Source: Chrysomallon squamiferum | Lineage: Eukaryota; Animalia; Mollusca | Direction: 5' to 3' | Assembly (NCBI GenBank): GCA_012295275.1 | Contig: CM022665.1 | Location: forward strand, 27,218,001 to 27,282,000 | Length of the DNA: 64,000 nt | In this document: one piece after another, positions 54,918-64,000 of the stretch | Position numbering within the stretch: the stretch's first letter is position 1 | Layout of the letters: each line of letters begins with the position of its first letter | Position numbers and translations under genes: made by a program | Notes under the pieces: model-generated | Seen by the model: only the letters and a program-made list of their open reading frames with translations | Told to the model about the DNA's origin: nothing | Database searches by the model: none

Positions 54918-57699
54918 TAAAACAAAAAGTAAATAACAACAACAACAACAACTAAAAGACTCCATAAGTACATTACCTACGGATTTCATAAATGTCTACG
55001 TCTTATTTTGTTGTCATACTTTATTATTGTCAGTAATGGATCGCCAGAGAAACATGTAGCAATCACTCTGAAATGTGTTTAAACTACATTTTGTTTTACT
55101 TGTTATTAAAATACTCTTTAATTCAATGATTGAAAAAGTTTAGGCACTGAATATTGTAAATCATCAGAGATTTCAAGACTTGGTTTAAAATAAGTACAGA
55201 TGTAAGGAGAAGTAAAATCGAATATAAAATATCAATGTGAAGCAGTTTTTACATTTTAAGAACTTGAGCTATAAGCTTACAAATGCTCTGTGAATAATTA
55301 TTTTCACTTATAAAGGTTCTTTTATAATCCGAATATATTTTGTAAAAAGTCTGAAATATAACAGATTTTTCCACTGAATGCACAAACACGTCTGGCTCTT
55401 TGAGACATGCATCATATCTTTTACTTCTTAAATTTCCTGATATTAATGACTTCTGCCCTCATTCCAAATGTCAAATATTACTTAAGTGGTCATTTTTCTC
55501 TCGATACTGTATTTCAATCGAATCCAGCATTTTACCTCAAAGAGTTTCAAATGCATTCATAATTACACCAAACTCATGCATTTACCATCTTGACAAATGC
55601 CTTCTGTACCTTTTGGCACGCCGACTCTATTTTTACCGTGCCGTTTTTCCATAATCTTAACACGGAAAATACATTACCAAAGGTCATCATACTTGAAGAA
55701 TGATAAAAAGCATAATAGTTTATTTTCACTTGGCCGATTCAAAACAAACAGAAGCTAGCTCATCGTATGGATATGCTTCTACAAATTGTCTTGGTTTTTA
55801 CTATCTTATGACATACAATCAACAAAACGTGGCCTTTTGGTGAACATACCCATTAGCATACACTTCTGTTAAATAATGTGTCGAAAACATTTTTACCAGA
55901 GCCAGGTTAAAATCTTTAAGTTTAAGCTGTCAGATGTTTATGTGGCTCTCTGACCCATCATAAGACGTTAAAAATCCTTTTTTTGTTTTTTAAATGATTT
56001 TTGATTTTAAAATATAATTTCCTTTTTCTTTACAGTTAATTGTAACAGAACCATAGGCATTGTTATTTATTTGTATATTAACTGTTAGTATTTGTATGTG
56101 TCTTGTATGCATGCGTACCTCTGTGTTTGTGTGTGGCTGCATGTTTGTATCTATGTATGTGCCATTTCGTTCTTCTGTGATTCTGTTCAAAGCTGTCTAT
56201 GTGTTCATCCATATTATGTTTTCTTGCTGTTAATACATAACATTTTTATACACTTTGGTATAAAGTTCTTATTTATTTCCTTCTTTCTTTTAAAGAACTC
56301 AAATGTAGTTGTAAACATATCATTCTCTTTCACTTTCGGTTTTTTCTCTTCTTTTTTTTTAAAGAAATAGCGTTTGAAGAAATGGCTTTCTCGAAGAGAT
56401 AATATAGACGTTTTAAAGTTGTTTCTTTTTTTTTTTTTTCTTTTTTTTTTAATAATTTAACATATATTGCAGATTTTAGCGGAAAAGCTATGATTCATTA
56501 GTGTTCCTAAACATTTTGTCAGCTTTTGTACATTACTGTTAACGTCATTATTATTTAAGTTTTAGAACATTAGCTTTAACTAAGCATTCAATGGAATTAA
56601 CAGGGAAGGACAAGAAAAAGGTTTTAGCTGTGTACATTCATCTTCAACGGATGGGTGAACACCGAGTTATCACACAGGTAATTGGATATACGTTTTGTTA
56701 GAAAAACTCTCAATTATTTAACCATTGTGTGAATGGCTTCTTAATGTAAGATTAGACATACGATGATGATGATGAAAATAATGACAATAGAATGTTATTA
56801 ACGATAACAGTAGCTGTGATGATGATAACAATATGACGATTATGACACTGATGATGATTATGATGATAACATGATGGCTGATGAAGAAAATGGAAGTAAA
56901 AAAAGACATAGCCTAAATTATACGCAAACAGACAGGAATTATGTAAAACTTGTATTTGCTATGACTCTACGAGCCGTTAATAATAATAATAACAACAGAA
57001 ATAACAGCTGCCATATGCACACGCAGACAAAAAAAAAAAAAAAAAAAAATAATAATAATAAAAAAATAAAGAAATAAAGAAATAAAAAAAAAATAATAAT
57101 AAACAAACAATACTAAAATTAATTATCTTCAATAATAAATTATTTAGATTCTTGCATTTTTTCCTATCAATAAGCTAAGCTAAAATCTTTAATTAGCTAA
57201 TTTCCTGTTATTTATTTCCGGTTCCGGATTAAATTTTATCGAATGCTAAAACCCATCATTATTTTAACCCAGATTAGAAAATGATAATTTCCGGCACAGA
57301 TCAAAGATTGGCAAGAAAATTATTCGAAAGAAAACTGGAACATTTAACTTTTCTATAATTGTCCTTTGCGCATTTTTGACGTCTGTTCTTTTAAACTGTT
57401 CACTGAACAGAATGTAACGACTGTCTGAGTACATTTCAAGCAGAGTATATTTTAAGAGAAGGTTTGCGATAAAAAAAAAAAAAAAAAAAAAAAAAATTTA
57501 ACAGTTCAAAATAACTGATATGAAATTCACTATCTAAACAACAACAACAACAAAAAAAAAAAAAAAGTTTTAAATATAATATGCACATTTAACACAATTG
57601 TTAATTTTTAATTTTATTTTTCATTAAAAGTTTACAATAAAAAAATTAAAATAAATTCAGTTCAGTAATTTTTTTTTTTTTTTTATTTTCTTTCTTTTT

Positions 57700-57709
57700 C
57701 TTTCTTCTT

Positions 57710-57740
<31 letters not shown>

Positions 57741-57810
57741 TTATTATTATTATTATTATTGTTGTTGTTGTTGTTGTTACTGTTACTGTTACTGTTATTA
57801 TTATTATTAT
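57700..57810. repeat. Compound microsatellite (TTC)n(TTA)n(TTG)n(TTACTG)n(TTA)n
   Basis: Direct reading. Confidence 0.9.
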
Positions 57811-58736
57811 TTTACGGTAACTAAGAATAAAATTAAATTAATAGTTATTCTACGCCAAATTGATCTTTTGCACAGATTCTAATCTTTCACTGTATGGTAG
57901 ATTTATCACCTTGCACAATAATTAATCGTCTTCTTTTCTTAACGCCTGTTATAAACGTGAACATGGTTTTGGCAATTAAACCTATCGTGTAGCTTTAATA
58001 AGACGTGTGAATGGAACAGACACACGTTTCTGGCTTCATTACCTGGCAACCTGTTGATTATCAGCACGATACCAAGCAGTAATGATCTTTATCACGTGTA
58101 AAGCAAAACTTACCTCTAATCATTCCATTACCTGAACGACAGGTGGTTCTCTATTTTTCTCGTTGCGTTCTAAACACAGAGACAGGTGAGTTTGCTTACC
58201 TGGCTCTTCTTTTCTACTTAAATATCTCGAAACGTATACTTCTGCTGTTTCCTGATGTTTTGTGATATACAACAAATGTTTACAGGATAAACATCTAATA
58301 GTTTTATTTTAAGTGTTGGAAACAAAACAGACAAAATTGAAAAAAAAAAAAAAAAAAAAAAAATTGCAGCGAATACAACTATAAAATAAAATGTTTAAAG
58401 CAAATGAAATTTATAATAGGAAATTTTAAAAATAGAAATAACTTCGTTATCCAGAAATAGTCGTTTGGGAAATAAAAGTGCAAAACGGATATAAAAAGTA
58501 TCTATTTCCAAATGCCACTGGAGGAAGATAAATAAATAAATAAATAAAAACAACCGAAAAAATAAAAGGATATATATATATTTAAAAAATAAAGGAAATT
58601 TTTAAAAAAAAAAAAAAAAAAAAAAAACATACAACAAAACAACAACATTAAATTACACCAAATATTTAACATAATATTTATTTTCATTACTGCAACAAAT
58701 AATGATACTCTAAATGTGCAAATATGTGCGGTATGC

Positions 58737-58785
<49 letters not shown>

Positions 58786-59324
58786 TTTGGATGGGTATGT
58801 TTACATGTGTAAGTAAATTCAGGAATTATTTAGAAAATTAAGAAACATATTACATAAAACGCTCCCTCGTAAAACCCAAATCCTAAACCACGAAGAAAAA
58901 AAAAATATTTTGTAATCGCGTTAACTCGCCAACACCTAATGCTATCTTTTGACTCTTTCAAGTGTTAAGTATACGCCGACGATGACGCAAGATAAGTGTT
59001 TATGTTTACATGTGATAACTCAAACCCGCCGTGTTAAATCTGTATCACAGGAAGCGAGTTTCAGAATCTTTTAACAAGAACTACGTGATATTGTGATAAA
59101 GCGAACGTCTTTTGAAAATTCAGCCATTGTTTTGATAATGTGACTAAATATTTAAAATTATTCGTGATAATGGTTAAAGAGCAAGTCCTTGTTTTATCCA
59201 TAATATTCTGAAAAATAATTTCATTGGCTGCAAAAAAAAAAAAAAAAAAAAAGAAAAAGAAAAAAAAAGAAGGAAACAAGAAAGAAACTGCTTTGTAACA
59301 GAACTTGCCCAGCAAATGTTTATT

Positions 59325-59355
<31 letters not shown>

Positions 59356-62300
59356 CTATACATTTTGTCATGAAGCTAAACCCCTGGACACATTCTTCAG
59401 TGGTCTCTATCACATAACTCCCTGAGACAAAAAATCCTGACCACACCAGGCGGATCTGAATGAGAAACTTTGAGGACCACCAGCATCCCTTCGAAGGACT
59501 GCAGAATTCGTGGATTTAAGATGAAGAAAAAGAAGAAGAAAAGCTATGTATTCGCTTTACTTGTCTTTATACATGTAACTGAATCATTTTCTTCTAGTCT
59601 TAGAAATCTGTATATGGTTTCATTACTGTTACGTGTATATGTGTCTGCTGCTACATTTATGAACATGTGGGATGCATAATTATTGACTTTAATTTATAAT
59701 TTTAATAAATGGAGGTAGCCATGCTTCTGTCATAGATGTGTCCTATATCAAATTATTTTAGTAAACATCGAATAGATTCTGAGACATAAAAGAGAAAGTC
59801 TGTGAAACGCGGAGAAAATCCTACAGCAAAACTAACTGCCTTTGTACGTAATGAACTCCTCATTCATTTTATACTAAAATATTCAATGTAATACCACAAT
59901 AACAGTCATACACCATTTAGCTGACTCTACTTATCAATAAATAATCCATTTGTTATCAAATGTATTAGAGAGAGAGAGACAGACAGAGAGAGAAATTATT
60001 AACTCTCCTGCATACACTGTATAACAATTATTCTGAAAATACCCATAAATTATCCCTTTGTTGTACAATGGTAGAAAAAGATATATGGAAAGACCAAAAA
60101 AAAAAAAAAAAACCTGGCTATTTTATTGCATACTGTACCAAAGGACAAATACAGAACCGTAATCATTTGCTAATATTTAATAGCGTTTTTATTACAATAA
60201 CCCTTAACAACACGATGTGTCAATCTAAATGAATGTATTGATTAACACGCAGTGTTGCAAGCCTTATTCGTACTTGTTTTACAACTTGGAGTTGTCGCTT
60301 CAGGTGTTGTCCCAGATGGGTAATACATCACACACTACACGCCATCGCGTAACTTTCTCTTTCTACAAACAACCCAGATGAGCAGTGATTTTTATCTGAT
60401 CTAGGTTCGAGAATGCCAACTCGAGGTTTTAGATAAAAAAAAAAGGTATAAATGCATTGAAACAATGAATTCAATTATATCTATTCTGGGTTATTCTACA
60501 GATTTTTCAAATCTGTTTATTTATTTATTTATTTATTACTATTATTTTTTTTTTTTTCTAATTCAGAATAAAGATGATACAGCTTAAAATTTTATAATCT
60601 GAACAAGAACCAGTGACTGGAAAAAGATCTCATGATTCTAGAACTTGGTTCACAACAGGCCGAGAATGGAAGTTCAAACCAGGAGACCTGAGGTGAATAA
60701 GGTAGTATTTCTACTTTTTCAGAAAACAACAACAACAACAATAAAACAAAAAAAAAAAAAAAAATAAAAAAAAAAAATAAGTAAATAAAAATAAGAAGAA
60801 CAAAAACAACAAAGAATGACAACAAAAAAAGAAGAAGAAAAAAAAAATGAATTAACAAATATGAGAAAAAAATAAAAATAAAAAATAAAAGGATAACTTT
60901 TGTGCCTACATCCAAAACTTCGGCTGAATGTCTACGACAGCATTAATAGCAAATGAATTATTAGCTTTGGAATAAAAGTTACTGGCATCAGGACGTCTGT
61001 TCTGAAGGCTGTTTCAGCATATCTTTAAAAAAAAACACACACACAAAAAAAAAAAAAAAACACACAACAAAACACAACAGTTTCTTCTACTCTTGATCTT
61101 GATGAGATGGACGAAATGATCTCTTTTACCGTTTTTTATAAGTAAGAAAGAAATCGCAGGATCAGTTTGGTTACACGCTCCTTCAGGCGAACTCAGCACC
61201 AATCGACCTTGAAGCCAATAAAAGACTGTTTCACAGATGAATACTGTTCATTCCAACATTTACGGCATATTTATGATGTTGAAATGAAATTGTGAGAAAC
61301 GTTATCGATACCACTGTAAAGGCTTGCAAGTGATACTTCCATGTTTCTGTGACTCTTAACGAACTGAAGTGATTGGGAGTAAAAAAAATAAAAAAATAAA
61401 AGTAGGGAATAGAACCTTTGTTCTGTTCATTTCATCTTTCTATTTCAGATCTAGTAAGAGTACTCTTGAGAGGTTTTTCAAACGAGTAATGTTGCAAAAC
61501 GATCTTTTGTATTGGTGATGTTTGTTTTAAAGAGGGAACGTGATCTCTACACAGCGTGTAATATGAATTATACAGAAGGATAGTTCGCCAACTTACAATG
61601 CCTGAATAACACAGCTGCCAAACGTAAATTACACAGGTATGCATGTTACCTGCCAGGTAGCATACTCAGGCATAACGGGCCACTTTTGTAGTTTTACAGA
61701 AATCCAGAAAAAAAAGAAGAAAAATTTGGGAAAAGCAAAGAAGATAAAAATGTGTGTATTTATATGTATACAAGCACACACATACACACACATATACAGT
61801 GACAAAAACAACATCAGCATCTTCACAGTCATGCATAAAGTGTATAGGGGGTTTGATATTTTGTATTTGTTATATTAGACACGTATGTGGTGATCCTATC
61901 TCTCTATCAAAGTTTGAAAGTACACAGTGAATTCTGTGGACGATCAAACTGACAATCCTATTTAAAAATCTGATGTAATTCAATCTGTACCATTGTTGCG
62001 TATTATCTGAAATGAAAATATTGTAACGTGCCGGCTAATATATTTAATGCAGTGAAGTTTATATAAAGCATGCAAGCTGCTTTAGAATTAAACGGATTGG
62101 CTATTTCCTTTGTCAAACATAAAAAATAGATTTCGCTCGTCGATGTCAATACCACACGTGATGATTCAAAGGATGCAGCTTATCGTGTCTTTTGAAGGAG
62201 AAAATGCAAAATTTTCTACCATGAAATATTAACTCAGGTTAACGATTTTAGAAAATAGAAGATTTGTATTTAGATTAGCTTTCAGGAAATGAGACAGTTT

Positions 62301-63512
62301 ATCAGAAAACCAGCATGGAAAACATTACTATAATTAATTTTGTCTTTGAGATCTTATGTTTTGGCTAATAGTTTAAAGGAAAATTTAATGAAATATAAAG
62401 CCATATAAATTTATGTTCCAAGTGAGAGTCAGAGATAGAGAGAAAAAGGGAGAAAGAGAGATACAATCCAACACGTTGCAAAATGTGTTCTTTGCGATGA
62501 AAACCACATCGTTACAGAACAATATTATTTTTCCTTCAAATCCAAAAACACTCGCCTATAACACGAGTCTGTTTATACGTCAGTATTACAAAGACTGCAT
62601 CTTAAATATCATTTTAACTTTTAGTGGCCCAGCAAACAGAAGTAAAGTAAACTTTGCTATAAATCTTTTCAGAAAGCTCTTTTATTTAAAAGAATAATAA
62701 TAGTAATATCAGCCATTTTGAAAATTCCTTCGATTGTCCTACCCACAGTAGGAAAAGCATCGAACCGTATAATTACGCACGTGCCACGAAAACAGTAGCC
62801 GGTCCATTAGAGTAATTCCCACCTACAATAGCGAATCCAGTGGACTGGCATATCTGCTGGTTTCACTCTTTCAGTAAGATCAATTTCGCAAACGCAAACT
62901 GAATTATTATCAGCTGTCACCTTGTATACGCCATCTTGATCAGTTCACCATATCTTATTCGTTTCGTTTAATGGAGCCATTCCATATTTTGAAAACACCC
63001 CCGCCAGCAGGTGTGGTGACCAGCGAAAATTTAAAATAGTTTAGCCGGAGCTGATTGGCAGGTTTAATTACAGCTTCCCCTAGTAAAAACAGCTGAACAC
63101 ACACATTTTCTGGTTTGATTGGACCCTCCAGAAAGCTATAGTTAGTGAAAACAAACAGCAATTTTAGATGTGATCAACAGAGGTGTTATTAAAACACTTA
63201 TATGCTTACTTTTTAACCACCACGGAGATATCCAGCCTTTAAAATAAACAGTAATACAAGACCTTGGTGTTTTTTCTTTTTGAAGTAATTATAAAAAATA
63301 TAAATAAAAATTGTTATTTTAGATACAAAAACACAACACAGAGCAGTTAACGCTAATTGTACAATTCTTGTTTTCAAACTGCTAAAAATTAACAGGTTAA
63401 ATCTGATCAGTGACTATATGTAGGGCCTAAATATATTTACTCATGTTTGTGCGTCGCTCTCTTTTGAATAGAAGACCTGTTTCTGCTCGCCAGTAATGAA
63501 AGATTAAATTAA

Positions 63513-63557
<45 letters not shown>

Positions 63558-63857
63558 TAATGATGATGATGATGATAAATATATTATACACAGACTTTGC
63601 TCGTTAGGACATTCTTTTTTAAGCCTGTCATTGTAATGGTTAAATTATTAGATTTATCAGTTGTTGTATAAATCGTAAAACAACATACACAGTTAATAAA
63701 TACTGGAAGCTTTGAATTTTGTTGTAGCAGATACCTTAAATGGTTGGTAATTTAAAACAGGTCGATTTTGTTTTTGTTTCTTGGCCAAGACCATTATTGT
63801 TTTACCAATACCATCAGTGTGGGAAAACAACATATGTACAGCTGGATATACTTGTAT

Positions 63858-63861
<4 letters not shown>

Positions 63862-63946
<85 letters not shown>
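63862..63946. repeat. (CT)n microsatellite
   Basis: Direct reading; source of the spurious SLSLSL ORFs. Confidence 0.95.
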
Positions 63947-63950
<4 letters not shown>

Positions 63951-64000
63951 TGTCTGTGTTGTGAACGAATGAATATATTAGGAAAACATATCCCGTGTGT

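Noticed and set aside
44380-60690. tRNA-like A/B-box fragments (~44450, ~49280, ~59440, ~60670, and the head at 53005)
   Set aside because: No cloverleaf can be folded; best read as decayed SINE heads, too degenerate to call as tRNA genes.

Overview
AT-rich, microsatellite-rich animal genomic DNA (lophotrochozoan, probably a gastropod mollusc, inferred from the protein and the SINE types), not prokaryotic, so most ORFs in the track are spurious. The left 39 kb holds one multi-exon minus-strand gene for a classical calpain (calpain-B/A-like: CysPc protease core with Cys/His/Asn triad, CBSW/C2-like domain, start of the penta-EF-hand domain). Its 3' end runs off the left edge. I assembled 12 shared exons plus two homologous alternative first exons (38386-38888 with a Gly-rich N-terminus; 28803-29024, short), all with phase-compatible GT-AG junctions. 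Notable points: a 1-nt frameshift in the long first exon, a cluster of candidate frame-preserving microexons (6-48 nt) in the CBSW-PEF linker and EF1-EF2 loop flanked by UGCAUG/UGC motifs, a probable U12-type donor at 131, and a CpG-poor gene body next to CpG-richer upstream DNA. Positions 39-64 kb are intergenic, with MITEs, SINE remnants, microsatellites and orphan promoter/enhancer-like islands. I found no convincing wholly new system; the best lead is the modular splicing of this calpain.
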